From sequence record MT713136.1: a DNA stretch of 64,000 bases; one strand, written 5' to 3'. Under the pieces are notes generated by a model. It saw only the letters and a list, made by a program, of their open reading frames with translations, was not told where the DNA came from and searched no databases. Within the stretch, counting starts at the first letter, position 1; each line of letters opens with the position of its first letter. Below, piece after piece: positions 50,036 through 63,374 of the stretch. Position numbers and translations under genes: made by a program.

Positions 50036-51299
50036 GACCGATAAGAAACCGTTGAACTGTCGGATCACTCTGGATTTGGTTGACTTCGATCCGATTCTTT
50101 CCGTTCCGGTTACTCGCGTCACTAACCCACTTGACTTGGTTAACATCGCTAAGCAATCTTCCCGTTATCTTGGCGACATCGGTAAATATAACGACTGGGT
50201 AAACCGGGTTGCTGGTCTGGACTATATCGACACTGTTCTTCGTTATAACGATATGAACCGTCGACTCACTCGTTTCACCAATGACGTTGAAACCATGTTC
50301 TCCCCTGCCAACGTAGCAAACATTGTCAACGACTCCATCATCGGTGAAGTCGTTCTTGTGAGTAATGGCGTACACACCACGGTTCTCAACAAGTTCGAGT
50401 CGGTCGGAACTTTGCAAGGCACGGAGTGTTTCCGTAACCTTATCTTTTACTTTAAAACGAGTACCAACAGTGGTATCGTAACCATTTAAGATCATAGTTT
50501 CAGTTCCAAATTAATGTTATGCGTGTTAACGTCAGTAATCAAGTGGCCGTAAGGTCATACGATTGAGTTTTTTGATCAAAAAACTTCCAATATTTCCGGA
50601 GTCAATTCCTTATGAGTACTACTACCAAATTGGTACCGGGGAAGGTCCATCAGAACCCTTCGGACCCCGTGGACCTGAGTTAAGAGCCGCTGAACAACCC
50701 CCGTCACAACACAGCCGTTTCCATCCGTACTCAAGTTTCTCCTTTCCGTCCTGGTGACAACAAGAAAGAAGTCGAGTACTGGGTTGGTTATGACTGGGTC
50801 GGTGAACCTGGCATGGTTCATGCCAACAAACACATGACTGCTGGTTGTGAATCGCTGATCCTCAATCTGAACGACAACGTACAGAAGTTCAAGGTCGCTG
50901 ACGTTCTGGATGCAATGGAAGAGATGTTCACCAATGCCACCGCTAATGCTGAAGCTGCTACAACGTGTTACCAAGGCTTCACCCGTCAGTACGACTCAAC
51001 CACATATCTGTATGCAGTTTAACCACCTTCAACTTGGTTTTGGTAAAGACTGGGTTAAGGAGACTATGGATAAGCTTTCGCTTTCCTGGTCTAAGGCAAA
51101 GATTGACTTGTTGATGATGTGGACCGAGGAAGGGAAGAACAAGGTATTCGATGATAAAGTTCGGGAGCAACTCGCAAACGTTAAACAGGAACCTCTGTGG
51201 AACGAAGAAATTGCCAACACTGGTCTATTCATCGACTGGTATTACAGCAATGAGTGGAGTTTGACGAGAACTATGCCATGTTCCTGAACATGGGTGGTG

Positions 51300-51720
51300 C
51301 CAAGCATCCGGTAAAGGTTGACGACAAACAAGTCTACCTGGGTGAAAGCGAAGTGCTGAACGGCGTTACCATCGGTAAGGTGATCTTCCACCCGGCCTGT
51401 GAATCCATCATGTCGAAGGAAACCGAGATCTTCAAGGTTATCCGGAAACTGACGGCCGCTCGTCTCTATCAAGTCGTGCAGCCAGTTGCACAAGTCATCT
51501 TCGCCGTGGCCGGTAAGAAGTCCGGTAAGACCCTGAACGGTAAACTGGTGGAGCGTTCTGTAGCCTGGTGTCACCACGGGGCTGATAAACCATGTGCTCG
51601 CTGTTTCGGCGCGATGGTCTCAGCTCTTCCCTATAACCCATATACCAAACGCAGTGCAGTACCTGGCCTGTTCTATGGTTCAACCTTTGCAGAACCCATC
51701 GGTCAGTCTATCTTGAAGAC
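51300..51720 (+). CDS. Jumbo-phage RNAP beta-prime C-terminal fragments
   Basis: RS...C......C..C.G zinc motif; AEPIGQSILKTKH. Confidence 0.55.
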
Positions 51721-51975
51721 GAAACACCGTATCGGGTCGGCAAGTACCAAGGGATATGTCGTATCTTCCCAAGACAAGGATTATATCACCACTGATGAAG
51801 CTGGTGATTATCTCTACTTCAACGAGAAGATCCTCAATGAAGAGAGTGCTCTATGGGTAAACTATCGTAAGTGGTTCAAAACAAACAGTTACAAATTCGG
51901 TGTGGTTCGAGAAGTGAATGAATGCGTAAACAAGCTTCTGTCAAGTGACGTGGGAACAGCTTTTCGTTCAAAATG

Positions 51976-52136
51976 ATGCTTGGATAAAATGAAGTTACGT
52001 CAATGTCGCGCTTGCGCCTACCTTTGCGTTTAGGGTGCGAAGCTTTCTTCTCGCTCGAGTGCAAGCCACCAATACCCATACGGTAAACGCCGTCTGCAAT
52101 GAGGATCTTCAAGTTGTCTAGCTGCCAAGGCATCAA
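51976..52136 (-). CDS. Family B DNA polymerase fragment of a non-jumbo tailed phage
   Basis: YRMGIGGLHSSE...DIDVTSFYPSII (motif A). Confidence 0.8.
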
Positions 52137-52142
52137 AACTGT

Positions 52143-52420
52143 GATCCTCCACGCCCTGAAGGACGTGGATCCCTGCTACGTTCAGGCTGTCGCCTGAATC
52201 ATTTCGGTGGGTTCCTGCTTCAACGAGCGGCCTGACTGCACCATCTCTCCACAGGCAAGAACGGCGTGCCCCGCCGCTAAAATGTTGCGAGCGCCATTTA
52301 CATCGGCGTTCGCTGTATATCCACATACCTGGCATCTGAATTGACTTTGTGACAGGCGATTTTCTTTCGCTGTATGACCACAGCACGCGCAACGCTGGCT
52401 TGTGTACGCTGGCGGAGCAG
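52143..52420 (-). mobile_element. tnpB: IS200/IS605-family tnpB 3' fragment with right-end hairpin region
   Basis: PAYTSQRC..CGH...NR.SQ..F.C..CG...[10 protein letters not shown]. Confidence 0.92.
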
Positions 52421-52514
52421 CAAGCACCTGACCGGACCGAGCATACAGACGTCAGTCATCAGGATGCGACGCATGTTACCGATTTCCATGTCACGGGTAC
52501 GCTTCTTGATACCG

Positions 52515-52660
52515 CAAACCAGGGCGCTGTTGCCCAGAGAGCGAAGGGCGGGGATCTCGTAGACGTGCAGTGGCACGCCAAACTTGCGGCAGATCATAGA
52601 CGCGCATTGCAGCTCCACGGCGTGCTTTTGACCGTAGCTGAAGGCGACACGGATTCGAAA
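52515..52660 (-). CDS. queC: 7-cyano-7-deazaguanine synthase internal fragment
   Basis: AFSYGQKHAVELQCA..I...FGVP..V..I..L..L..SAL. Confidence 0.8.
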
Positions 52661-52719
52661 GCTTCACGCAGGGCAATTACGATTTCCATAATATTCTCCT
52701 TAGACTTCAACACGAACAA

Positions 52720-53040
52720 CAGCCTGTCTTGGGATTGATAACAAATTCCCCACGAGCTTTGAAGAGTTCGTTCCAGCTACCGAACCGCTTGATATCAAAC
52801 TTCATGGAAAGTTTGTTGTACGCGGTTTGAGCAACACTGGGTTTAACCAGGTAACTGAAGTAGTGGTTCATGATGGAAGTCATGATCCGATAATGGAACA
52901 ACATAACCAGGTTGATCAGTGCTTCGTCCTTCATATTCTTGGGAAGGTTAGAAACCCAGACCTTGTGCATCAAGTAAACGATGGACAGGTTAAAAGCATC
53001 GGATGATACAAGAACAAGCATTCCGGTGCAGTCGGACTGA
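52720..53040 (-). CDS. Jumbo-phage nvRNAP specificity subunit (phiKZ gp68-like) fragment; partial repeats at about 53520-53580 and 63165-63330
   Basis: SSD.FNL, Y...TS....YF.Y...A...Y..LS.KF.IK..G.W...R. Confidence 0.6.
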
Positions 53041-53048
53041 TCCAGTTC

Positions 53049-53300
53049 ATGCCTGGTCCTAATGGTTCTGCTGTTGATCTCGGAACCACCACCGATGCCT
53101 TGGCGAAGATGACTGAGGTTGACCAGCTGGACTATGTCTTCAAATACTTTGAAAAGTACGGGTACATCAAGAAGTGTGCTCGACTGGAAGACTACTACCT
53201 CACCATTTTCTATCCTGCCCATGTCGGTAAAGACCCCAACATCAAAGTTGGCGTGGAAGGAACCAAACTCTATAGTCAGAACTCCGGTTTTGACGATGTA
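53049..53300 (+). CDS. Lysozyme/SLT-like domain fragment of a jumbo-phage tail protein
   Basis: L..MT...QLDYV..YF, D.Y..IF.P..VGK, Y.QN.G.D. Confidence 0.6.
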
Positions 53301-53867
53301 GTTACGATACTTGTTTACGTGCTTTTGCACATCTTTGATATTGACTTCACCGTCCATCATGGCGAGTCCATTATCAGTCGCTACCAGGTCAACGTTATCT
53401 TTGATTTCATAGAGGACTTTGGTGTAATCGTTGATAACACCTTTGAGACGTGACTCCATGTCATTCACCATGTAAACAATGCGCTTGTCATCGTTCAACT
53501 TAGTGAATGTATCAAAGTGAATACCTGTCTTGGGATTGATAACGAATTCCCCACGAGCTTTGAAGAGTTCGTTCCAACGCGGCCGTCAGTTTCCGGATAA
53601 CCTTGAAGATCTCGGTTTCCTTCGACATGATGGATTCACAGGCCGGGTGGAAGATAGCCCAAGCAGGTTGCGCAGGTTGCGCAGGTTGAGCGGCGGTAGC
53701 AGGTGCAACCGGAGCGGCAGCAGCTTGAGAGGCAGCGACACGTTCGATTGCCAGAGGGTGCGTCGGGTTTTGAGCAACCCAGGTGTTTCCTTCAAAATTC
53801 AAAATGCATTTGGTGATAAAGTCCTTACTGAATACGTTTGGGCATACACCCCGAAATGTGCTGGCGC

Positions 53868-54093
53868 GAGTTGCGAACCGACTGGTACGGAACGGTTTGT
53901 TCGGGTCGAGCATTTGCTGATGGCCGAAGTTGGCGTAACCAGCAACTTTACCGAACAGGTCCGGAATGAACCATACGTACATCTGGTCCCCATCGAAGTC
54001 AGCACCAAATTCTTTCACGCAGGTGATTGGGATACGAATAGACTTATCCTCAATATCCCGGTTGAACTTGATGAAGAAAGTTCTTGATGACAA
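53868..54093 (-). CDS. Jumbo-phage RNAP beta-prime catalytic fragment
   Basis: GADFDGDQM (DxDGD active site). Confidence 0.88.
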
Positions 54094-54454
54094 GAACTGA
54101 ATCGATGGGTTACGGCCTACTGTTGCTACAGCATAACGGTTGGTCTGGTCGTGATGGTGTATGTATGCAGGATACTTATGACTGGTGTGTTAAGTATGGT
54201 AGTGTAAGTGGATCGACAGCGACATCGAGTGTATCGTCGGTAAGGTCGTTGTACAGACAAATCACTGAACGCTTCAATCGCTTACGACAAATCGTAGAGA
54301 TCTCTATGTTCATTTACGGATACCTGCGTCACAGAAGTCCATGGCGATGTCACATACAGAGGTGGTTCCACCGAAAAAATGCAGGCAGTAAACCAAGCTT
54401 ACGAAGAACTGAAAAAATCTGCTTTCACAATCAGTTCATAGTTTTGAGTCATTG

Positions 54455-54655
54455 AATTACTCTCCCCGTGCAGCCTTACGCTTATCTTCTTTAATCTTGA
54501 AATAAAGATTTGTCAGATACGTCAACAGGCCAAACACCAGACTACCCAGCACACCTATTGCTGCCCACTGTGAGGGCGTGACTCTATCGAGCAACTGTAA
54601 AAACCAGTAGCCAGCACTGCCTGCGGAGGTGCCATAGGCGACACCCGGCGTTAAG
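54455..54655 (-). CDS. Phage 21-type holin (lambdoid prophage) fragment
   Basis: [62 protein letters not shown]. Confidence 0.9.
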
Positions 54656-54699
54656 GGGAGAGATAAGATGGTGCATTACGAAGTAGTTCAGTATTTGAT

Positions 54700-54965
54700 G
54701 CTTTGCAACGTTCGCAAGCAAACAGGCAAAACCCCTCCTCAGCTTCAAGCCTACGAAGACTCTAAATTGCCCGAAGAGTTGGCCTACATTTACGGCTATT
54801 TCCGGGACTTTTACAACGGCGGTCAATTCAGTTATACTGAGCTTCAATCCTGGCAAGCCTTTTCTAAAATTGAGCTTACTTACATTGAAGCCGAGTTGAT
54901 ACGTCAACTTTGTTTGGAGCATCAACACTTCATACTCAAAAGGCAACAAGCTCACCAAGAATACC
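54700..54965 (+). CDS. Siphovirus tail assembly chaperone-like fragment
   Basis: P.EL.YI...F.......Y.EL..W......L...E..LI..L pattern. Confidence 0.5.
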
Positions 54966-54974
54966 TTGTCAACA

Positions 54975-55275
54975 ACGTAAAGCAGGTTGGCGGTAATAGA
55001 ACCACGACCAGCAGGTGTACCAGGAAGGTCAACATCGATGTTACCAGCAAGGTCGACGATCTTTGCATCGGACGTCATGTAGGAAATAAACCCTACCTTA
55101 CCGGAGTCCTTACCAGCCTCAGAGATGATACCAGCATAGTTATCCAGTTGACCACGAGTACGACGAACCATTGCCTGATCGGTACGACCGAAAGAACCAC
55201 CGAACGTCACTTCTTCCTGTTGTTTAACCTGGTGAACAAGGTTAACCTGTTGGACTATCGCGACTCGGACTAACA
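54975..55275 (-). CDS. Jumbo-phage virion RNAP beta fragment
   Basis: HQ.K..E.VT..G..GR, GIISEA..DSGKVG. Confidence 0.72.
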
Positions 55276-55283
55276 CGAGCCCC

Positions 55284-55520
55284 ATGGACGCCTTCTCAGG
55301 TGCCCTGGTTGCGAATGGTGAAAACCTCGACGTTATTACTGAAATGAGCATAGTCGTCGAGAACGGCATTGAACCTCGTTTCGTTGTGGGTTCCAAGTTC
55401 TCGATCAAACCTGGCGCCAAGCGTCGCAACGTTACAGGCAGCATGACTGCTTATTTCGAGAACAACGCGCTTCGTTTGGCTTACCTGAACGAACTGGAAC
55501 AAGCCCTGGCTTTGTCGATC
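55284..55520 (+). CDS. Siphovirus tail tube protein fragment
   Basis: S..VENGIEP.FVVGS...R.NVTGS.TAYFE. Confidence 0.72.
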
Positions 55521-55524
55521 GCTG

Positions 55525-55785
55525 CCAATTGGGTGAGACGCCCTTCTTCAACTACCAAACGTTGACGTTGGGTTTTCAAACCACCACGTAATGTGTTGTG
55601 ATTGCTTTTAAGCTTCTCCCAGCGCTTCAGAGCATATGAGGTGTCATTGGGGTTAACTGTCATCAGGAAGTCTTTACGACGAGCCGCTGACATGGTGGTG
55701 AAGAGATCACGAATATCAAGCCCTGTCAAAACGTCAACAATCTGTTGAGTGATACCAAAGTGTATCTTGACAAGGTCTCGTTGCA
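55525..55785 (-). CDS. Jumbo-phage SbcC-like ATPase fragment
   Basis: L.G...F..M....RK..L...D..Y...W followed by coiled coil. Confidence 0.5.
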
Positions 55786-55789
55786 CCAT

Positions 55790-56062
55790 AAGATCGCCAT
55801 GGAGTGTTTCCAGGAATCTCAGAAAATCTTCAAAGATGCTGCCGACCAAGAGAAGGAGTGGGCCAACTATCTCTTCCAAGATGGCTCCATGATCGGTCTC
55901 AATAAGACCATTCTCTGTCAGTATGTCGAGTACATCACCAACATCCGTATGAAGGCTATCGGTCTCCCGGAAGCTTTCCCTGGTTCCAACAGTAACCCGA
56001 TCCCGTGGATCAATACGCACTTGAACAGTGATAACGTCCAAGTAGCACCTCAAGAAGTAGAA
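55790..56062 (+). CDS. nrdB: nrdB C-terminal fragment (allele B)
   Basis: Near-identical to 33478-33740 on the opposite strand; [11 protein letters not shown]. Confidence 0.9.
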
Positions 56063-56064
56063 GC

Positions 56065-56431
56065 CGTCTCCCTGACCATCCGGATGTTAAAGGGCCGGGG
56101 AGGCAGATTATCCAGAATCACCGAGGCCAGGAACTGTGAGGTGGTCTTGCCGTTAAACGACACGGGGAAATACGGGCGAACCATTACCGGGTGGGATGAG
56201 GATAAAAACAATATCCGCACGTTTTACCGGGATGACATCGACCGTTTTCTGGAAATACGCACCCGGCGCATCAACCAGGACAGCACAAAGCGCGTCCCCA
56301 TGTTTGTAAAACTGCGCACCGCCCGCTACCTGAAAGCCCGTGCAGATGCTTCCGGTGTGACGGTGGGTTACAGCGGCGTGGCCGCACGTATTGCCCGCGT
56401 TCATCAGTTCGGTGAGCGCGATCAGGTATAA
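56065..56431 (+). CDS. S: P2-like prophage tail completion protein S, C-terminal fragment
   Basis: [12 protein letters not shown]...VGY...[12 protein letters not shown]. Confidence 0.8.
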
Positions 56432-56436
56432 CCCCT

Positions 56437-56650
56437 TTGCAGAAGTTCGCAAACATGGCTGCGGTTGCTGCGGCTGGTGCCAATCTTGTGCAGCAAGTCA
56501 CTAGCGTGGGTATGGCTCACGATGGTATCGACAACATACCTAAAGAAGGCACTTGGTTGCTTGACAAAGGTGAGCGCGTTGTAGACCGTCGCACTAACGC
56601 GGACCTTAAAGACTTCTTGAACAATAACTCTGGCAGTGCTGGTTCAAACG
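56437..56650 (+). CDS. Tape measure protein C-terminal fragment
   Basis: GMAHDGIDNIPKEGTWLLDKGERV...TNADL. Confidence 0.82.
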
Positions 56651-56679
56651 CAATATACTTAACTCAGTATTTTCAGATC

Positions 56680-56960
56680 ACTGGCAGCGGAGATGCCTTG
56701 TATATCAGCGCGCAGGGTGGGGCAAATGTCCCGCGCGATTGTCAGACTGTCAGGGTTGCCCGTAGCCCGTCGGATGACGTTAACGAGTACGAGGAAGAAG
56801 TCGAGAGAGTGGTCGGCATTTACGCGCCGCATCTCGGCGCGCGTCATATTCATATCACCAGAACGACGGACTGGCGCATTGTGCCGAAAGTTCCGGTCGT
56901 TGAGCCTTTGACTTTAAAAAGCGGCATCGCCGCGCCTCGGAGTCCTGTCAATAACTGTGG
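56680..56960 (+). CDS. A: P2-like replication protein A, C-terminal fragment
   Basis: YISAQGGANVPRD.QTVRVAR...RVVGIYAPHLG...APRSPVNNCG. Confidence 0.82.
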
Positions 56961-57234
56961 AAAACTTTGCTCTCAAGGAAAGATCTGAGACGCTCACGGA
57001 TTTCGGAATCTTTGATGCTGTTAAGGTAGCTTTCGAGCTTGGTTTTGTTTCCAAGATCTACGGACATTTTAACAACAGTATATGGAAGTTCTGGAGCAGG
57101 ACCATACTTATCGGAGAACACCGATTCCCACATATCGTGGTAAAGATAGATCTGACTATCAGGGTTACCGTACACCGCCTTAACTTTGATGGTTTCTTTT
57201 GACAACCAGCTATACTCACCCTTCTGGAGTTCAC

Positions 57235-57310
57235 GGGTCGTTAGCTCAGTCGGTAGAGCAGTTGACTTTTAATCAATTGGTCGCTGGTTCGAATCCAGCA
57301 CGACCCACCA
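57235..57310 (+). tRNA. tRNA-Lys(UUU), bacterial
   Basis: Anticodon loop CTTTTAA; near-identical to enterobacterial tRNA-Lys. Confidence 0.95.
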
Positions 57311-57326
57311 TCATTTCAGAATCCCA

Positions 57327-57402
57327 GGTCGTTTAGCTCAGCTGGGAGAGCACCTCCCTTACAAGGAGGGGGTCACTGGTTCGATCCCAGTAACGACCAC
57401 CA
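57327..57402 (+). tRNA. tRNA-Val(UAC), bacterial
   Basis: Anticodon loop CTTACAA. Confidence 0.95.
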
Positions 57403-57424
57403 AGTTTGTAAAAATGATTTAGAT

Positions 57425-57500
57425 GGGTCGTTAGCTCAGTCGGTAGAGCAGTTGACTTTTAATCAATTGGTCGCTGGTTCGAATCCAGCACGACCCACCA
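57425..57500 (+). tRNA. tRNA-Lys(UUU), second identical copy
   Basis: Lys-Val-Lys arrangement typical of gammaproteobacterial chromosomes. Confidence 0.95.
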
Positions 57501-57504
57501 TCTG

Positions 57505-57765
57505 GCGGGTTCAATATCGCCAATGCTAGCGGGATTAACTATCCCGCTAACCAATACATCGTCTCCCAGATGGACAAGAACTCCGACCTGATGCGTCGTG
57601 TCAGTCAGGGTTATTGCAAGATGGAAGTTGAACATCCGGAACCTTTCGTTTATGTGGAAGAGAACGGTGTTCGCTACAAGAAGGCAATGACTTCCATTCT
57701 GGAGTGGATCAACCGGCTCCGTAGCTACGATCCTGATCGTATTTGCGGGCTCATCAGTGAGATCG
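57505..57765 (+). CDS. Jumbo-phage prohead-protease-like (gp21/S77-like) fragment
   Basis: GGFN..N..G..Y, S.LMRR...G...E..HP, W..R. Confidence 0.45.
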
Positions 57766-58289
57766 TAAAGGTTTCTTTACCCTGCGCCTTAATCGGCGTT
57801 CCGGACATCATCAACACATCGGAAATAAATGGGTTCTTGCAAAACGAAGCCAAACCTTTGGACTGGGAAGAAGTGTGTACGTTGTAGTTATGGGATTCAT
57901 CAACAATAACTTTGGCGGGATTCCTTCCTGACTTAGTGATTGTTTTGATAGCCAGATCCCATTCACCGGTTCGGATTTGTTCTTTGTGGATAATGAATAT
58001 CTTGGCATCCAGGTGATCCATGATATCAGGGTTATTCAGCCCGTTCATGAACCAACTTGCCAACGAAATGCAACTCGGTTTCTTGACAGTTCCCGCTCCT
58101 ACCGAGACAGAGATTGGTTATAGTGATCAAGCGATAGACGACATCACTCGTCCTTATCAATGGTTGCTGAAATACGATCCCTCTCAAATGGATCTGGATC
58201 TGAGGTATTTCATGATCCACCCGTACAGTAATCTTCAGCGGATTACAGTCACTCCCAATCAGTTGACCGTACTCTCTAGGGTCAATGAC

Positions 58290-58575
58290 CTGCTCTTGGC
58301 TCTTGTTCACCAGGTACTCGGTAGCGCACGGTACGACGATGATGTCTTTACGCTTGCCCAGGAAACTGATCATCAGATCTTTGATCGCGTCGTTGTAACC
58401 GAGGTCCCACATAAAGGAGGTACGGTTACGGATCACGTCTTTGACATCCAGGGAGCCACGGTAACTGGTCAGGTAGCCTTCGATCAGGATCTGGTTCATA
58501 GCCCAGAACTGTTTGTGACTTACCAGCTCGTCGGTACCGGATTTGGTAACCCAGGGATCGTTCCGGTCAAGAAGA
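58290..58575 (-). CDS. Jumbo-phage tail sheath fragment
   Basis: RN...WD.GY....K......R.D..V...T pattern. Confidence 0.55.
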
Positions 58576-58812
58576 ATCATGAACTACTACAAGCTGGGAT
58601 AGGTCCTCGCAACGAACTCCAAGAAGAGTTTGTGAAGTTCATGGTTGAATCGCTTGGATTGGTCACCAACAACATGGGAACAGGGCAGGGTAAGACGTTC
58701 TGTGCTCTTTATAGCTCGTTCCTCATAGGAGAACGGATACTCATCACGGCACTTCCAAGGTATGTAGATATCTGGGTCAAGGCATTCGGTGAGTTTTACA
58801 AGATAGCTGCTA
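58575..58812 (+). CDS. Jumbo-phage SF2 helicase fragment
   Basis: [10 protein letters not shown]...P.Y...W. Confidence 0.7.
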
Positions 58813-58814
58813 AC

Positions 58815-59099
<285 letters not shown>

Positions 59100-59854
59100 T
59101 AGGGCTTCTTACCGTTAACTACGATCTCGAGGAGTTCGTAAACAGTAAGGGTGTGTTCTTTGATGTGCTCGGGGTTGTCGTGCCAGAAGTACACAGTGTT
59201 CTCGAGGACGTCATCCCAATCCAGACCCTTCTCTTTACCCATTTCATAGAGCTTGGCAGGCTCGATTCGCCATTCAGCCGGGAAGTTGGTCCAGAAGGTC
59301 TGCATGTGCCAGAGTTGCCACGCGATCTCAACAGCACGATTAACCACCTCATCATGAAACTGAACGTGGGTGAAAACTTCATGTTCGATCAAGTGACTGG
59401 TCAAAGTTCCGTAACAATCACCGGATACGTTCTTTTCGACCTCACCCCTAACAAGGGCGACTTGTTCATTAAAGACGTGGGTGATGGCCGAGCCGGGTTG
59501 TTTACCCTGGTAGAGCAGCCCGAGATCTACACAGTTACCGCTGACAAGTGTTACGGTATCGAAGCCAGAATGATCGGGTTTGTTACCCAAGCTATCATAG
59601 TAGATTTCTTCTTTTAATTCAGCAGAAGAGAGAGTAAGCAGGTCAGCAAATTCAAGTTCTAGTTGTTTCAGACGTTTGAGATATTGGGCAGGTGAAAGAT
59701 TGCTCTGGTTTTCTCACTGTACATATGATAAAACTCGGGCTCGCCGTGGATGATAGCGCGAGAAAGCACGGCTAAATCATAAGCCGAGCTATGCTGGCCA
59801 GGTGCATCCAGACCATGCACTGTTTCAAAATGCGTATCCTTGAGATGCAGCTTC

Positions 59855-60125
59855 TCGGGGTTCTTGGGATATCACTTCGGGTGGCATGTTTGATGACGTT
59901 TGGAATAGCCGTATTCACGTTGTACCAAGATTCAACATACCAGAGAGCTGGAAGATTACTCGCAGCTTTGACTGGGGTTCTTCGAAGCCTTTCTCTGTAG
60001 GTTGGTGGGCGATAAGCGACGGAACGGATTACGTTGACCACACAGGCACTCGGCGAGGCAGCGTCAGGGGTGATGTTTTCCGCATTGCTGAGTGGTACGG
60101 CACGAACGGCAAGACCAATCCAGGT
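59855..60125 (+). CDS. terL: Terminase large subunit nuclease-domain fragment (partner of 25275-25975)
   Basis: GSWDI..GGMFDDVW, RSFDWGSSKPFSVGWWA, R..EWYG. Confidence 0.85.
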
Positions 60126-60634
60126 ATCAAGAGCGTCTCAATAAAGCAGGGTCCGCTGCAACCAACCTGAAAGACCTCGCTCCGAATATCGCTGAACGTA
60201 TCGACATGCTCAGGGCCACTGGTAATGAACAGTTGCTTCGTGACCTTGGTGTGATCTATACAGAGAACGGTATCGACAAGGTTGATATGGAAGTATTCCA
60301 CGAACGTATCGGCATGTTCATGGACGATCCTAACAACCCAGCGCTCAGAGGGATGAATCCCAGCGACAAAACTCAATTCCTTGGCCGGAGAACTGGTGTT
60401 GTAGTTGTTGTACGGCATGGACGGAATCAGGTCTTTCAGTTCACCGATGGTTTCCAGATCACCCAGCCAGCTCAGATCGATACCGTAGATCCCGATAGCA
60501 TCGAATTCCTTACGGAACTTACCGATGAAAGCGTTCACTTCGGATGCGACCAGTGCGTAGGACTGGAAGAAGGAGATCAGTCGAGCACAGTCGGCAGTGG
60601 TGACACTGGCAGCATGGCAGGACGGATCAGTTAC

Positions 60635-60870
60635 TGTTCGTTCTGCGCTTTCTGCAATTCAGCCTGACCAGCAAGAAGCTGACCTTGCGCTGCAACCATA
60701 GCCGGATCTGGCTGACTGGCCTGTTGTTGTTTCGCCTGTTCAACCATCTGCTGTTCTTCAGGCGTTCTCGGCTTGATAACGCCAGACAGAAGCAACTGAT
60801 TGCGGTTGTATTCTTTAAGGTCGTCCATCCCTTCGCCGTCCATATTGTCGAGAATCATCGACGATACAAG
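60635..60870 (-). CDS. P22/Sf6-like portal protein fragment
   Basis: DGEG...EY.R.QL...G..KP.TPEEQQ...QPDP.M..AQ. Confidence 0.8.
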
Positions 60871-61664
60871 GTCATGCTTCGGCGTTCCTGGAAACCCTGG
60901 AACACAGCAAAGACATATTCAACGCAGCTTTACTGGACTCTGGAACTCCGGGGACAAATGCCCCGTTGATGAACAGTTTAAGGTCATTCAGGATCTTTGG
61001 TAAAGGCCCGGCCATGATGCCGCTGGCTGATGACACCATAGGATTAAGCTTCGTGACCAGACCCCAGCTGAATCTGATCGATGACGTCATTGCACGTTCA
61101 GAGCGTTTGAAAGTTTTGAAGGACGTATCTGGTAACTCCATCGGTGCTACCTTGCTAAATTCCTGAGTTACGTCATTCCGACGAGTCTCATGGGTCAACG
61201 CAAGAAGATCTGTTTACTCAGTGTCAACTACTGGGTAGATAACAGGAAGATGCAAGAACCGCTCACTATCTGGGATATGTTCTACCGGAACGATTTCAGT
61301 AACCCTGCCAGGTTCAAGCAGGACTTCTTTGTTCATCCGCGTAACAGCCTGTTGAATGCGAGAACGTACGGTTCAGTATTCTTCTCGAAGTTTGACAGAG
61401 CCTTCTTTATCCTTTCGGCTCTTTTATTTCCAGGTACAGCCAACTGGTGTATAGTGGGATACTGATCAACGGTGTCACAGAGCCCACTAACTTTGAGCTT
61501 GAGTACAACACCATAGGTGGTGATTTCGTACTGGATGATGTTGCTTACGCTCAGGCTGTGGCCAACACACTCACCAGCCCACGACGCGCTGATTGGAGCG
61601 AACTTGTTAACCTTCCGTCTGCCTGGCCGGCAGATCCCCATGATCATCCCGCATCGGTTTAATT

Positions 61665-61915
61665 TCCCAGCGTATATTCTGGCAGATTGTGTTTCCTGCA
61701 ACGCTGTTTCTGATACTTTTCCAGTTTGCTGCATTTGTAGGATTACTGGCGAGCAGAGAAAATCTGGTCGGTGTCATGCCTTTTAACCTCGGGACTTTAA
61801 TCAATTATCAGGCCTTACTGGTGGGTAATCTGATCGGTGTCCCGCTGTGCTACTTCATCATTCGGGTAGTGCGAAATCCATTTTATTTACGTAGCTATTA
61901 TTCGCAATTGTGCAA
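61665..61915 (+). CDS. pdeF: E. coli MASE1-domain phosphodiesterase fragment (YfgF/PdeF-like)
   Basis: FPATLFLILFQFAAFVGLLASRENLVGVMPFNLGTLINYQALLVGNLIGVPLCYFIIR. Confidence 0.8.
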
Positions 61916-61924
61916 AGTCGGAGG

Positions 61925-62165
61925 TCTTTGTCGGACCTGCTGCTTTGAGTTGACCGTTCTGGAGTTTAGCAAGATAATCGGTGTATGCCTTACGACGTTC
62001 GTCAGTAAAGGGAACAGAGTTACCACCGTTGATACCACGAACAGCACTATCGAAGTCACCAGTCGTCGCAATGGACTTGATCGCTTTATTACCCAGGAGG
62101 TAACGAACAGCGGAGTCTGCTACAACGTTAGGATCTTCAGATACCAGTCGTGGGTTACTTCTCAC
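61925..62165 (-). CDS. GH19 (chitinase-like) lysin domain fragment, probably jumbo phage
   Basis: NP.LV....A.SA..Y, GDF......INGG....R. Confidence 0.7.
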
Positions 62166-62519
62166 GAACAATGTACCAAACGTTCTCCTGAGCTTCTTGA
62201 AGAACCATCAGTTTCTGTTCGTCTGTGAGATCAGGATCCCACGGGTTAACATCCTTCAACAAAGGGTTGTTGATTTGAAGAAGGAAGTAATAGTTCTTGA
62301 TACCCATGTTCCTGAATAGCTCAGCGGTACGCAAGAACGTGGCGTTATTGGTCTCGAGGTGAACACCTGCGTTAAACCTAGAGAAGTCTTTAAGGAAACG
62401 AACCGTCTTCGCTCCACCCCGCGTCCGAATTGTACTGCCACCACAAGAGACAGAGCAGATGCCCCTTGCTGTCTTCGTCTCCACCGCAGGCGCTAGCGCT
62501 TGCCATGGATACAAATAGT

Positions 62520-62596
<77 letters not shown>

Positions 62597-62834
62597 TCCG
62601 AATTGTACTGCCACCACAAGAGACAGAGCAGATGCCCCTTGCTGTCTTCGTCTCCACCGCCGATGATGGTGACATCGATGAAGGCGGCAAGAAGCGTACC
62701 CGTGACATGGAAATCGGTAACATGCGTCGCATCCTGAGTCCAACATCATGTAAACGTTGGTTTTAAACCGACAGAGCACTTGACCCACTTCAAACATAAA
62801 GAGGTTGTTATCCTCGATTGAAGTCAGGGGTTCA

Positions 62835-63176
<342 letters not shown>

Positions 63177-63374
63177 TGACTTCCATCATGAACCACTACT
63201 TCAGTTACCTGGTTAAACCCAGTGTTGCTCAAACCGCCTACAACAAACTTTCCATGAAGTTTGATATCAAACGGTTCGGTAGTTGGAACGAACTCTTCAA
63301 AGCTCGTGGGGAATTCGTTATCAATCCCAAGTCAACCAGAACCGAAAGTTAGCGAGAAAGAAGCCGTTATCAAG

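Noticed and set aside
49728-50489. ThyA fused to a novel C-terminal domain
   Set aside because: Sharp GC and codon change at about 50035; a bacterial fragment abuts jumbo-phage fragments.
52143-52420. TnpB as a compact RNA-guided nuclease system carried by the phage
   Set aside because: Only the last ~80 codons of an ordinary enterobacterial IS605-family tnpB, between unrelated fragments.
55745-56431. NrdB fused to a P2 tail protein
   Set aside because: Junction at about 56062; the nrdB part duplicates 33478-33740.
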